A DNA stretch of 64,000 bases from Auanema rhodensis (lineage: Eukaryota > Animalia > Nematoda), in the NCBI GenBank assembly GCA_964057225.1, contig OZ059898.1:10478001-10542000 (forward strand). Direction: 5' to 3'. Positions 1 to 12,646 of this stretch are shown piece after piece; position 1 is the first letter of the stretch, and each line of letters opens with the position of its first letter. A model generated the notes under the pieces. That model saw only the letters and a program-made list of their open reading frames with translations, made no database searches and was not told the DNA's origin. A program made the translations under genes and the position numbers.

Positions 1-806
1 TACTTACTTGATTATAATACTTGAAATTCCAGAAACAGTAGAATAAAATAGAGAAAGCGACAAAAACAGTTGAACGATTTGAAGACAATTGTAAGTTTTA
101 GAAAATAATTAAAAATTAGTTCTCTCTACTATTAACTGATTGTCGGCTAAAATATGGTAACAGTTTTTATAAAAAGGTTCTATGATTAGGATTAAACAAA
201 AAAAAGAATCAAAAAGAAACACTTCTTGTTTACTTACTTGATTATAATACTTGAAATTCAAAAAAAAGTAAAAAACAATTGAGAAAGCGACATAAACAGT
301 TGAACGATTTGAAGAGAATTGTAAGTTTTAGAAAAGAATTAAAGTTCAGCTATCTCTACTTTTAACTGATTAACGGCTAAAATAAGGTAACAGTTTTTAT
401 TGAAAATTTCCGTGATTAAGGTTAAACAAAGAAAAAAAAACAAAGAGAAACACTTCTTGTTTACTTATTTGATTATAACACTTGAAATTCCAACAAAAGT
501 AAAGTAAAACTGTTAAAGCGAGTAAAACTGTTGAACGATTTGAAGACAATTGTAAGTTGAAGAAAAAAATTAAAGTTTAGCTCTCTCTACTATTAACTGA
601 ATGTCGGCTGAAATATAGTAACAGTTTTTATTAAAAGTTTCCATGATTAAGATTAAACAAAGAAAAAAAATCAAAAAGAAACACTTCTTGTTTACTTACT
701 TGATTATAATACTTGAAATTGAAAAAAAAGTAAAAAACAATTGAGAAAGCGGGTAAAACTGTTGAACTAAAACAGTCTTTATAAAATATAAATGATATTT
801 TTTTAT

Positions 807-810
807 AAAA
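807..810 (-). terminator. Pol III terminator, T4 allele (ACTTCAC-TTTT downstream of tRNA; representative copy)
   Basis: Run of 4 T on the minus strand starting 8 nt after the discriminator; T4 or longer is the standard metazoan Pol III terminator. Confidence 0.7.
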
Positions 811-817
811 GTGAAGT

Positions 818-888
818 TGCATCGGCCGGGAATCGAACCCGGGTCGCCCGCGTGGCAGGCGAGCATTCTACCACTGAACCACCGATGC
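818..888 (-). tRNA. tRNA-Gly-GCC: tRNA-Gly (GCC), consensus
   Basis: Minus strand GCATCGGTGGTTCAGTGGTAGAATGCTCGCCTGCCACGCGGGCGACCCGGGTTCGATTCCCGGCCGATGCA: 7-bp acceptor stem, D arm, loop CT-GCC-AC, T loop TTCGATT, A73, no CCA. Confidence 0.96.
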
Positions 889-2406
889 TTCGAAAATGTT
901 AGATTGTTTCCGAAAAATTATGAAAAGTCAAGTTCTACTGATTTGAAGAGAATTGTAAGTTTTAGAAAATAATTAAAAATTAGTTCTCTCTACTATTAAC
1001 TGATTGTCGGCTAAAATATGGTAACAGTTTTTATAAAAACACAATAAGGTAACAGTTTTTATTGAAAGTTTCCATGATTAAGATTAAACAAAAAAAAAAG
1101 GATCAAAAAGAAACACTTCTTGTTTACTTACTTGATTATAATACTTGAAATTCCAAAAACAGTAGAATAAAATAGAGAAAGCGACAAAAACAGTTGAACG
1201 ATTTGAAGACAATTGTAAGTTTTAAAAAATAATCAAAAAATAGTTCTCTCTACTATTAACTGATTGTCGGCTAAAATATGGTAACAGTTTTTATTGAAAA
1301 TTTCCGTGATTAAGATTAAACAAAGAGAGAAAAATCAAAGAGAAACACTTCTTGTTTACTTATTTGATTATAACACTTGAAATTCCAACAAAAGTAAAGT
1401 AAAACTGTTAAAGCGAGTAAAACTGTTGAACGATTTGAAGACAATTGTAAGTTTTAAAAAATAATTAAAAAATAGTTCTCTCTACTATTAACTGATTGTC
1501 GGCTAAAATATGGTAACAGTTTTTATTGAAAATTTCCGTGATTAAGATTAAACAAAGAGAGAAAAATCAAAGAGAAACACTTCTTGTTTACTTACTTGAT
1601 TATAATACTTGAAATTCCAGAAACAGTAGAATAAAATAGAGAAAGCGACAAAAACAGTTGAACGATTTGAAGACAATTGTAAGTTTTAGAAAATAATTAA
1701 AAATTAGTTCTCTCTACTATTAACTGATTGTCGGCTAAAATATGGTAACAGTTTTTATAAAAAGGTTCTATGATTAGGATTAAACAAAAAAAAGAATCAA
1801 AAAGAAACACTTCTTCTTTACTTACTTGATTATAATACTTAAAATTCAAAAAAAAGTAAAAAACAATTGAGAAAGCGACATAAACAGTTGAACGATTTAA
1901 AGAGAATTGTAAGTTTTAGAAAAGAATTAAAGTTCAGCTATCTCTACTTTTAACTGATTAACGGCTAAAATAAGGTAACAGTTTTTATTGAAAATTTCCG
2001 TGATTAAGATTAAACAAAGAGAGAAAAATCAAAGAGAAACACTTCTTGTTTACTTATTTGATTATAACACTTGAAATTCCAACAAAAGTAAAGTAAAACT
2101 GTTAAAGCGAGTAAAACTGTTGAACGATTTGAAGACAATTGTAAGTTGAAGAAAAAAATTGAAGTTTAGCTCTCTCTACTATTAACTGAATGTCGGCTAA
2201 AATATAGTAACAGTTTTTATTAAAAGTTTCCATGATTAAGATTAAACAAAGAAAAAAAATCAAAGAGAAACACTTCTTGTTTACTAATTTGATTATAACA
2301 CTTGAAAATCCAACAAAAGTAAAATAAAACTGTGAAAGCGGGTAAAACTGTTGAACTAAAACAGTCTTTATAAAATATAAATGATATTTTTTTATAAAAG
2401 TGAAGT

Positions 2407-2477
2407 TGCATCGGCCGGGAATCGAACCCGGGTCGCCCGCGTGGCAGGCGAGCATTCTACCACTGAACCACCGATGC
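2407..2477 (-). tRNA. tRNA-Gly-GCC: tRNA-Gly (GCC), consensus
   Basis: Identical to 818-888. Confidence 0.95.
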
Positions 2478-3041
2478 TTCTAAAATGTTAGATTGTTTCC
2501 GAAAAATTATGAAAAGTCAAGTTCTACTGATTTGAAGAGAATTGTAAGTTTTAGAAAATAATTAAAAATTAGTTCTCTCTACTATTAACTGATTGTCGGC
2601 TAAAATAAGGTAACAGTTTTTATAAAAAGGTTCCATGATTAGGATTAAACAAAAAAAAAGAATCAAAAAGAAACACTTCTTGTTTACTTACTTGATTATA
2701 ATACTTGAAATTCAAAAAAAAAGTAAAATACAATTGAGAAAGCAACATAAACAGTTGAACGATTTGAAGAGAATTGTAAGTTTTAGAAAAGAATTAAAGT
2801 TCAGCTATCTCTACTTTTAACTGATTAACGGCTAAAATAAGGTAACAGTTTTTATTGAAAGTTTCCATGATTAAGATTAAACAAAGAAAAAAAATCAAAG
2901 AGAAACACTTCTTGTTTACTAATTTGATTATAACACTTGAAATTTCAACAAAAGTAAAATAAAACTGTGAAAGCGGGTAAAACTGTTGAACTAAAACAGT
3001 CTTTATAAAATATAAATGATATTTTTTTATAAAAGTGAAGT

Positions 3042-3112
3042 TGCATCGGCCGGCAATCGAACCCGGGTCGCCCGCGTGGCAGGCGAGCATTCTACCACTG
3101 AACCTCCGATGC
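3042..3112 (-). tRNA. tRNA-Gly-GCC: tRNA-Gly (GCC) variant T8A + C61G (A- and B-box mutant; likely non-functional)
   Basis: Plus strand CCGGCAATCG and GAACCTCCGATGC. Confidence 0.75.
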
Positions 3113-3675
3113 TTCGAAAATGTTAGATTGTTTCCGAAAAATTATGAAAAATCAAGTTCTACTGATTTGAAGAGAATTGTAAGTTTTAGAAAATAATTAA
3201 AAATAAGTTCTCTCTACTATTAACTGATTGTCGGCTAAAATATGGTAACAGTTCTTATAAAAAGTTTCCATGATTAGGATTAAACAAAAAAAAAAAGTTA
3301 AAAAGAAACACTTCTTGTTTACTTACTTGATTATAATACTTGAAATTCCAAAAACAGTAGAATAAAATAGAGAAAGCGACATAAACAGTTGAACGATTTG
3401 AAGAGAATTGTAAGTTTTAGAAAAGAATTAAAGTTCAGCTATCTCTACTTTTAACTGATTAACGGCTAAAATAAGGTAACAGTTTTTATTGAAAGTTTCC
3501 ATGATTAAGATTAAACAAAGAAAAAAAATCAAAGAGAAACACTTCTTGTTTACTAATTTGATTATAACACTTGAAATTTCAACAAAAGTAAAATAAAACT
3601 GTGAAAGCGGGTAAAACTGTTGAACTAAAACAGTCTTTATAAAATATAAATGATATTTTTTTATAAAAGTGAAGT

Positions 3676-3746
3676 TGCATCGGCCGGGAATCGAACCCGG
3701 GTCGCCCGCGTGGCAGGCGAGCATTCTACCACTGAACCACCGATGC
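3676..3746 (-). tRNA. tRNA-Gly-GCC: tRNA-Gly (GCC), consensus
   Basis: Identical to consensus. Confidence 0.95.
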
Positions 3747-4539
3747 TTCGAAAATGCTAGATTGTTTCCGAAAAACTATGAAAAGTCAAGTTCTACTGAT
3801 TTGAAGAGAATTGTAAGTTTTAGAAAATAATTAAAAATTAGTTCTCTCTACTATTAACTAATTGTCGGCTAAAATATGGTAACAGTTTTTATGAAAAGTT
3901 TCCATGATTAGGATTAAACAAAAAAAAGAATTAAAAAGAAACACTTCTTGTTTACTTACTTGATTATACTACTTGAAATACGAAAAAAAGTAAAAAACAA
4001 TTGAGAAAGCGACATAAACAGTTGAACGATTTGAAGAGAATTGTAAGTTTAAGAAAAGAATTACAGTTTAGCTTTGTCTACTATTAACTGATTATCGGCT
4101 AAAATAAGGTAACAGTTTTTATTGAAAGTTTCCATGATTAAGATTAAATAAAGAAAAAAAATCAAAGAGAAACACTTCTTGTTTACTTACTTGATTATAA
4201 TACTTGAAATTCCAAAAACAGTAGAATAAAATAGAGAAAGCGACATAAACAGTTGAACGATTTGAAGAGAATTGTAAGTTTTAGAAAAGAATTAAAGTTC
4301 AGCTATCTCTACTTTTAACTGATTAACGGCTAAAATAAGGTAACAGTTTTTATTGAAAGTTTCCATGATTAAGATTAAACAAAGAAAAAAAATCAAAGAG
4401 AAACACTTCTTGTTTACTAATTTGATTATAACACTTGAAATTTCAACAAAAGTAAAATAAAACTGTGAAAGCGGGTAAAACTGTTGAACTAAAACAGTCT
4501 TTATAAAATATAAATGATATTTTTTTATAAAAGTGAAGT

Positions 4540-4610
4540 TGCATCGGCCGGCAATCGAACCCGGGTCGCCCGCGTGGCAGGCGAGCATTCTACCACTGAA
4601 CCACCGATGC
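4540..4610 (-). tRNA. tRNA-Gly-GCC: tRNA-Gly (GCC) variant C61G (B-box / G53-C61 pair broken)
   Basis: Plus strand CCGGCAATCG. Confidence 0.8.
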
Positions 4611-5173
4611 TTCGAAAATGTTAGATTGTTTCCGAAAAATTATGAAAAATCAAGTTCTACTGATTTGAAGAGAATTGTAAGTTTTAGAAAATAATTAAAA
4701 ATAAGTTCTCTCTACTATTAACTGATTGTCGGCTAAAATATGATAACAGTTCTTATAAAAAGTTTCCATGATTAGGATTAAACAAAAAAAAAAAGTTAAA
4801 AAGAAACACTTCTTGTTTACTTACTTGATTATAATACTTGAAATTCCAAAAACAGTAGAATAAAATAGAGAAAGCGACATAAACAGTTGAACGATTTGAA
4901 GAGAATTGTAAGTTTTAGAAAAGAATTAAAGTTCAGCTATCTCTACTTTTAACTGATTAACGGCTAAAATAAGGTAACAGTTTTTATTGAAAGTTTCCAT
5001 GATTAAGATTAAACAAAGAAAAAAAATCAAAGAGAAACACTTCTTGTTTACTAATTTGATTATAACACTTGAAATTTCAACAAAAGTAAAATAAAACTGT
5101 GAAAGCGGGTAAAACTGTTGAACTAAAACAGTCTTTATAAAATATAAATGATATTTTTTTATAAAAGTGAAGT

Positions 5174-5244
5174 TGCATCGGCCGGGAATCGAACCCGGGT
5201 CGCCCGCGTGGCAGGCGAGCATTCTACCACTGAACCACCGATGC
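5174..5244 (-). tRNA. tRNA-Gly-GCC: tRNA-Gly (GCC), consensus
   Basis: Identical to consensus. Confidence 0.95.
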
Positions 5245-6022
5245 TTCGAAAATGCTAGATTGTTTCCGAAAAACTATGAAAAGTCAAGTTCTACTGATTT
5301 GAAGAGAATTGTAAGTTTTAGAAAATAATTAAAAATTAGTTCTCTCTACTATTAACTGATTGTCGGCTAAAATATGGTAACAGTTTTTATGAAAAGTTTC
5401 CATGATTAGGATTAAACAAAAAAAAGAATTAAAAAGAAACACTTCTTGTTTACTTACTTGATTATAATACTTGAAATTCAAAAAAAAAGTAAAAAACAAT
5501 TGAGAATGCGACATAAACAGTTGAACGATTTGAAGAGAATTGTAAGTTTTAAAAAAGAATTGAAGTTCAGCTATCTCTACCATTGACTGATTATCGGCTA
5601 AAATAAGGTAACAGTTTTTATTAAAAGTTTCCATGATTAAGATTAAACAAAGAAAAAAAATCAAAGAGAAACACTTCTTGTTTACTTATTTGATTATAAT
5701 GCTTGAAATTCCAAAAACAGTAGAATAAAATAGAGAAAGCGACATAAACAGTTGAACGATTTGAAGAGAATTGTAAGTTTTAGAAAAGAATTAAAGTTCA
5801 GCTATCTCTACTTTTAACTGATTAACGGCTAAAATAAGGTAACAGTTTTTATTGAAAGTTTCCATGATTAAGATTAAACAAAGAAAAAAAATCAAAGAGA
5901 AACACTTCTTGTTTACTAATTTGATTATAACACTTGAAATTTCAACAAAAGTAAAATAAAACTGTGTTGAACTAAAACAGTCTTTATAAAATATAAATGA
6001 TATTTTTTTATAAAAGTGAAGT

Positions 6023-6093
6023 TGCATCGGCCGGCAATCGAACCCGGGTCGCCCGCGTGGCAGGCGAGCATTCTACCACTGAACCACCGATGC
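6023..6093 (-). tRNA. tRNA-Gly-GCC: tRNA-Gly (GCC) variant C61G
   Basis: Plus strand CCGGCAATCG. Confidence 0.8.
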
Positions 6094-8034
6094 TTCGAAA
6101 ATGTTAGATTGTTTCCGAAAAATTATGAAAAATCAAGTTCTACTGATTTGAAGAGAATTGTAAGTTTTAGAAAATAATTAAAAATAAGTTCTCTCTACTA
6201 TTAACTGATTGTCGGCTAAAATATGGTAACAGTTCTTATAAAAAGTTTCCATGATTAGGATTAAACAAAAAAAAGAATTAAAAAGAAACACTTCTTGTTT
6301 ACTTACTTGATTATACTACTTGAAATACGAAAAAAAGTAAAAAACAATTGAGAAAGCGACATAAACAGTTGAACGATTTGAAGAGAATTGTAAGTTTAAG
6401 AAAAGAATTAAAGTTTAGCTTTGTCTACTATCAACTGATTATCGGCTAAAATAAGGTAACAGTTTTTATTGAAAGTTTCCATGATTAAGATTAAATAAAG
6501 AAAAAAATCAAAGAGAAACACTTCTTGTTTACTTATTTGATTATAATGCTTGAAGTTCCAAAAACAGTAGAATAAAATAGAGAAAGCGACGAAAAAAGTT
6601 GAACGATTTGAAGAGAATTGTAAGTTTTAGAAAAGAATTAAAGTTCACCTATCTCTACCATTGACTGATTATCGGCTAAAATAAGGTAACAGTTTTCATT
6701 AAAAGTTTTCATGATTAGGATTAAAAAAAAAAGTATCAAAAAGAAACACTTCTTGTTTACTTATTTGATTATAATACTTGAAATTCCAAAAACAGTAGAA
6801 TAAAATAGAGAAAGCGACGAAAAAAGTTGAACAATTTGATGAGAATTGTAAGTTTTAGAAAAGAATTAAAGTTCAGCTATCTCTACTATTAACTGATTAT
6901 CGGCTAAAATAAGGTAACAGTTTTTATTAAAAGTTTTCATGATTAGGATTAAACAAAAAAAAGAATCAAAAAGAAACACTTCTTGTTTACTTATTTGATT
7001 ATAATACTTGAAATTCGAAAAAAAGTAAAGTAAAACTGTTAAAGCGAGTAAAACTGTTGAACGATTTGAAGACAATTGTAAGTTTTAGAAAAGAATTAAA
7101 GTTCAGCTATCTCTACTATTAACTGATTATTGGCTAAAATAAGGTAACAGTTTTTATTAAAAGTTTTCATGATTAGGATTAAACAAAAAAAAGAATCAAA
7201 AAGAAACACTTCTTGTTTACTTATTTGATTATAATACTTGAAATTCCAAAAACAGTAGAATAAAATAGAGAAAGCGACGAAAAAAGTTGAACAATTTGAT
7301 GAGAATTGTGAGTTTTAGAAAAGAATTAAAGTTCAGCTATCTCTACTATTAACTGATTATCGGCTAAAATAAGGTAACAGTTTTTATTAAAAGTTTTCAT
7401 GATTAGGATTAAACAAAAAAAAGAATCAAAAAGAAACACTTCTTGTTTACTTATTTGATTATAATACTTGAAATTCCAAAAACAGTAGAATAAAATAGAG
7501 AAAGCGACGAAAAAAGTTGAACAATTTGATGAGAATTGTAAGTTTTAGAAAAGAATTAAAGTTCAGCTATCTCTACTATTAACTGATTATCGGCTAAAAT
7601 AAGGTAACAGTTTTTATTGAAAGTTTCCGTGATTAAGATTAAACAAAGTAGAAAAAATCAAAGAGAAACACTTCTTGTTTACTTATTTGATTATAACACT
7701 TGAAATTCCAACAAAAGTAAAGTAAAACTGTTAAAGCGAGTAAAACTGTTGAACGATTTGAAGACAATTGTAAGTTGAAGAAAAAAATTAAAGTTCAGCT
7801 CTCTCTACTATTAACTGATTGTCTTCTAAAATATGGTAACAGTTTTTATTAAAAGTTTCCATGATTAAAATTAAACAAAGAAAAAAATCAAAGAGAAACA
7901 CTTCTTGTTTACTAATTTGATTATAACACTTGAAAATGCAACAAAAGTAAAATAAAACTGTGAAAGCGGGTAAAACTGTTGAACTAAAACAGTCTTTATA
8001 AAATATAAATGATATTTTTTTATAAAAGTGAAGT

Positions 8035-8105
8035 TGCATCGGCCGGGAATCGAACCCGGGACGCCCGCGTGGCAGGCGAGCATTCTACCACTGAACCACC
8101 GATGC
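8035..8105 (-). tRNA. tRNA-Gly-GCC: tRNA-Gly (GCC) variant A46T (variable loop)
   Basis: Plus strand CCCGGGACGCCC. Confidence 0.9.
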
Positions 8106-10515
8106 TTCGAAAATGTTAGATTGTTTCCGAAAAACTATGAAAAGTCAAGTTCTACTGATTTGAAGAGAATTGTAAGTTTTAGAAAATAATTAAAAATTAG
8201 TTCTCTCTACTATTAACTGATTGTCGGCTAAAATATGGTAACAGTTCTTATAAAAAGTTTCCATGATTAGGATTAAACAAAAAAAAAAGAATTAAAAAGA
8301 AACACTTCTTGTTTACTTACTTGATTATACTACTTGAAATACGAAAAAAAGTAAAAAACAATTGAGAAAGCGACATAAACAGTTGAACGATTTGAAGAGA
8401 ATTGTAAGTTTAAGAAAAGAATTAAAGTTTAGCTTTGTCTACTATTAACTGATTATCGGCTAGAATAAGGTAACAGTTTTTATTGAAAGTTTCCATGATT
8501 AAGATTAAACAAAGAAAAAAAATCAAAGAGAAACACTTCTTGTTTACTTATTTGATTATAATGCTTGAAATTCCAAAAACAGTAGAATAAAATAGAGAAA
8601 GCGACGAAAAAAGTTGAACGATTTGAAGAGAATTGTAAGTTTTAGAAAAGAATTGAAGTTCAGCTATCTCTACCATTGACTGATTATCGGCTAAAATAAG
8701 GTAACAGTTTTTATTAAAAGTTTCCATGATTAGGATTAAAAAAAAAAAAGAATCAAAAAGAAACACTTCTTGTTTACTAATTTGATTATAATACTTGAAA
8801 TTCGAAAAAAAGTAAAAAACAATTGAGAATGCGACATAAACAGTTGAACGATTTGAAGAGAATTGTAAGTTTTAAAAAAGAATTAAAGTTCAGCTATCTC
8901 TACCATTGACTGATTATCGGCTAAAATAAGGTAACAGTTTTTATTAAAAGTTTCCATGATTAAGATTAAACAAAAAAAAAAGAATTAAAAAGAAACACTT
9001 CTTGTTTACTTACTTGATTATACTACTTGAAATACGAAAAAAAGTAAAAAACAATTGAGAAAGCGACATAAACAGTTGAACGATTTGAAGAGAATTGTAA
9101 GTTTAAGAAAAGAATTAAAGTTCAGCTATCTCTACTATTAACTGATTATCGGCTAAAATAAGGTAACAGTTTTTATTGAAAGTTTCCATGATTAAGATTA
9201 AACAAAGAAAAAAATCAAAGAGAAACACTTCTTGTTTACTTATTTGATTATAATACTTGAAATTCCAAAAACAGTAGAATAAAATAGAGAAAGCGACGAA
9301 AAAAGTTGAACGATTTGATGAGAATTGTAAGTTTTAGAAAAGAATTAAAGTTCAGCTATCTCTACTATTAACTGATTATCGGCTAAAATAAGGTAACAGT
9401 TTTTATTAAAAATTTTCATGATTAGGATTAAACAAAAAAAAGAATCAAAAAGAAACACTTCTTGTTTACTTACTTGATTATAATACTTGAAATTCGAAAA
9501 AAAGTAAAAAACAATTGAGAATGCGACATAAACAGTTCAACGATTTGAAGAGAATTGTAAGTTTTAAAAAAGAATTAAAGTTCAGCTATCTCTACCATTG
9601 ACTGATTATCGGCTAAAATAAGGTAACAGTTTTTATTAAAAGTTTCCATGATTAAGATTAAACAAAGAAAAAAAATCAAAGAGAAACACTTCTTGTTTAC
9701 TTATTTGATTATAATGCTTGAAATTCCAAAAACAGTAGAATAAAATAGAGAAAGCGACGAAAAAAGTTGAACGATTTGATGAGAATTGTAAGTTTTAGAA
9801 AAGAATTAAAGTTCAGCTATCTCTACTATTAACTGATTATCGGCTAAAATAAGGTAACAGTTTTTATTAAAAATTTTCATGATTAGGATTAAACAAAAAA
9901 AAGAATCAAAAAGAAACACTTCTTGTTTACTTACTTGATTATAATACTTGAAATTCAAAAAAAAAGTAAAGAACAATTGAGAATGCGACATAAACAGTTG
10001 AACGATTTGAAGAGAATTGTAAGTTTTAAAAAAGAATTGAAGTTCAGCTATCTCTACCATTGACTGATTATCGGCTAAAATAAGGTAACAGTTTTTATTA
10101 AAAGTTTCCATGATTAAGATTAAACAAAGAAAAAAAATCAAAGAGAAACACTTCTTGTTTACTTATTTGATTATAATGCTTGAAATTCCAAAAACAGTAG
10201 AATAGAATAGAGAAAGCGACGAAAAAAGTTGAACGATTTGATGAGAATTGTAAGTTTTAGAAAAGAATTAAAGTTCAGCTATCTCTACTATTAAATGATT
10301 ATCGGCTAAAATAAGGTAACAGTTTTTATCAAAAGTTTTCATGATTAGGATTAAACAAAGAAAAAAAATCAAAGAGAAACACTTCTTGTTTACTAATTTG
10401 ATTATAACACTTGAAATTTCAACAAAAGTAAAATAAAACTGTGAAAGCGGGTAAAACTGTTGAACTAAAACAGTCTTTATAAAATATAAATGATATTTTT
10501 TTATAAAAGTGAAGT

Positions 10516-10586
10516 TGCATCGGCCGGCAATCGAACCCGGGTCGCCCGCGTGGCAGGCGAGCATTCTACCACTGAACCACCGATGC
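10516..10586 (-). tRNA. tRNA-Gly-GCC: tRNA-Gly (GCC) variant C61G
   Basis: Plus strand CCGGCAATCG. Confidence 0.8.
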
Positions 10587-11148
10587 TTCGAAAATGTTAG
10601 ATTGTTTCCGAAAAATTATGAAAAATCAAGTTCTACTGATTTGAAGAGAATTGTAAGTTTTAGAAAATAATTAAAAATAAGTTCTCTCTACTATTAACTG
10701 ATTGTCGGCTAAAATATGGTAACAGTTCTTATAAAAAGTTTCCATGATTAGGATTAAACAAAAAAAAAAGTTAAAAAGAAACACTTCTTGTTTACTTACT
10801 TGATTATAATACTTGAAATTCCAAAAACAGTAGAATAAAATAGAGAAAGCGACATAAACAGTTGAACGATTTGAAGAGAATTGTAAGTTTTAGAAAAGAA
10901 TTAAAGTTCAGCTATCTCTAGTTTTAACTGATTAACGGCTAAAATAAGGTAACAGTTTTTATTGAAAGTTTCCATGATTAAGATTAAACAAAGAAAAAAA
11001 ATCAAAGAGAAACACTTCTTGTTTACTAATTTGATTATAACACTTGAAATTTCAACAAAAGTAAAATAAAACTGTGAAAGCGGGTAAAACTGTTGAACTA
11101 AAACAGTCTTTATAAAATATAAATGATATTTTTTTATAAAAGTGAAGT

Positions 11149-11219
11149 TGCATCGGCCGGGAATCGAACCCGGGTCGCCCGCGTGGCAGGCGAGCATTCT
11201 ACCACTGAACCACCGATGC
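11149..11219 (-). tRNA. tRNA-Gly-GCC: tRNA-Gly (GCC), consensus
   Basis: Identical to consensus. Confidence 0.95.
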
Positions 11220-12013
11220 TTCGAAAATGCTAGATTGTTTCCGAAAAACTATGAAAAGTCAAGTTCTACTGATTTGATGAGAATTGTAAGTTTTAGAAAA
11301 GAATTAAAGTTCAGCTATCTCTACTATTGACTGATTATCGGCTAAAATAAGGTAACAGTTTTTATTAAAAGTTTCCATGATTAAGATTAAACAAAGAAAA
11401 AAAATCAAAGAGAAACACTTCTTGTTTACTTATTTGATTATAATGCTTGAAATTCCAAAAACAGTAGAATAAAATAGAGAAAGCGACGAAAAAAGTTGAA
11501 CGATTTGATGAGAATTGTAAGTTTTAGAAAATAATTAAAAATAAGTTCTCTCTACTATTAACTGATTGTCGGCTAAAATATGATAACAGTTCTTATAAAA
11601 AGTTTCCATGATTAGGATTAAACAAAAAAAAAAAGTTAAAAAGAAACACTTCTTGTTTACTTACTTGATTATAATACTTGAAATTCCAAAAACAGTAGAA
11701 TAAAATAGAGAAAGCGACATAAACAGTTGAACGATTTGAAGAGAATTGTAAGTTTTAGAAAAGAATTAAAGTTCAGCTATCTCTACTTTTAACTGATTAA
11801 CGGCTAAAATAAGGTAACAGTTTTTATTGAAAGTTTCCATGATTAAGATTAAACAAAGAAAAAAAATCAAAGAGAAACACTTCTTGTTTACTAATTTGAT
11901 TATAACACTTGAAATTTCAACAAAAGTAAAATAAAACTGTGAAAGCGGGTAAAACTGTTGAACTAAAACAGTCTTTATAAAATATAAATGATATTTTTTT
12001 ATAAAAGTGAAGT

Positions 12014-12084
12014 TGCATCGGCCGGGAATCGAACCCGGGTCGCCCGCGTGGCAGGCGAGCATTCTACCACTGAACCACCGATGC
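12014..12084 (-). tRNA. tRNA-Gly-GCC: tRNA-Gly (GCC), consensus
   Basis: Identical to consensus. Confidence 0.95.
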
Positions 12085-12646
12085 TTCGAAAATGTTAGAT
12101 TGTTTCCGAAAAATTATGAAAAATCAAGTTCTACTGATTTGAAGAGAATTGTAAGTTTTAGAAAATAATTAAAAATAAGTTCTCTCTACTATTAACTGAT
12201 TGTCGGCTAAAATATGGTAACAGTTCTTATAAAAAGTTTCCATGATTAGGATTAAACAAAAAAAAAAGTTAAAAAGAAACACTTCTTGTTTACTTACTTG
12301 ATTATAATACTTGAAATTCCAAAAACAGTAGAATAAAATAGAGAAAGCGACATAAACAGTTGAACGATTTGAAGAGAATTGTAAGTTTTAGAAAAGAATT
12401 AAAGTTCAGCTATCTCTACTTTTAACTGATTAACGGCTAAAATAAGGTAACAGTTTTTATTGAAAGTTTCCATGATTAAGATTAAACAAAGAAAAAAAAT
12501 CAAAGAGAAACACTTCTTGTTTACTAATTTGATTATAACACTTGAAATTTCAACAAAAGTAAAATAAAACTGTGAAAGCGGGTAAAACTGTTGAACTAAA
12601 ACAGTCTTTATAAAATATAAATGATATTTTTTTATAAAAGTGAAGT

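Larger units (their letters stand above)
768..939 (-). other. Representative 172-bp tRNA-Gly cassette (50-bp trailer + 71-bp tRNA + 51-bp leader) inserted in the monomer at GTTGAAC^GATTTGAAG
   Basis: Empty monomers read GTTGAACGATTTGAAG; filled ones read GTTGAAC-TAAAACAGTC...CAAGTTCTACT-GATTTGAAG; same boundaries in all 50 copies. Confidence 0.93.
2760..5450. repeat. Higher-order repeat, period 1498 bp (5 monomers + 2 cassettes: C61G then consensus)
   Basis: tRNAs 3042/4540 and 3676/5174 both offset by 1498; boundaries approximate. Confidence 0.7.

Noticed and set aside
818-888. A second tRNA on the plus strand
   Set aside because: The apparent structure is just the complement of the minus-strand cloverleaf; A and B boxes are correctly placed only on the minus strand
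768-939. tRNA-derived SINE or MITE
   Set aside because: No TSD, poly(A) tail, SINE body or true terminal inverted repeats; includes upstream genomic flank; always the same site and orientation, consistent with one capture followed by amplification
3280-3300. A-tract length differences between monomers as meaningful variants
   Set aside because: Homopolymer length is prone to slippage and sequencing error; not used as evidence
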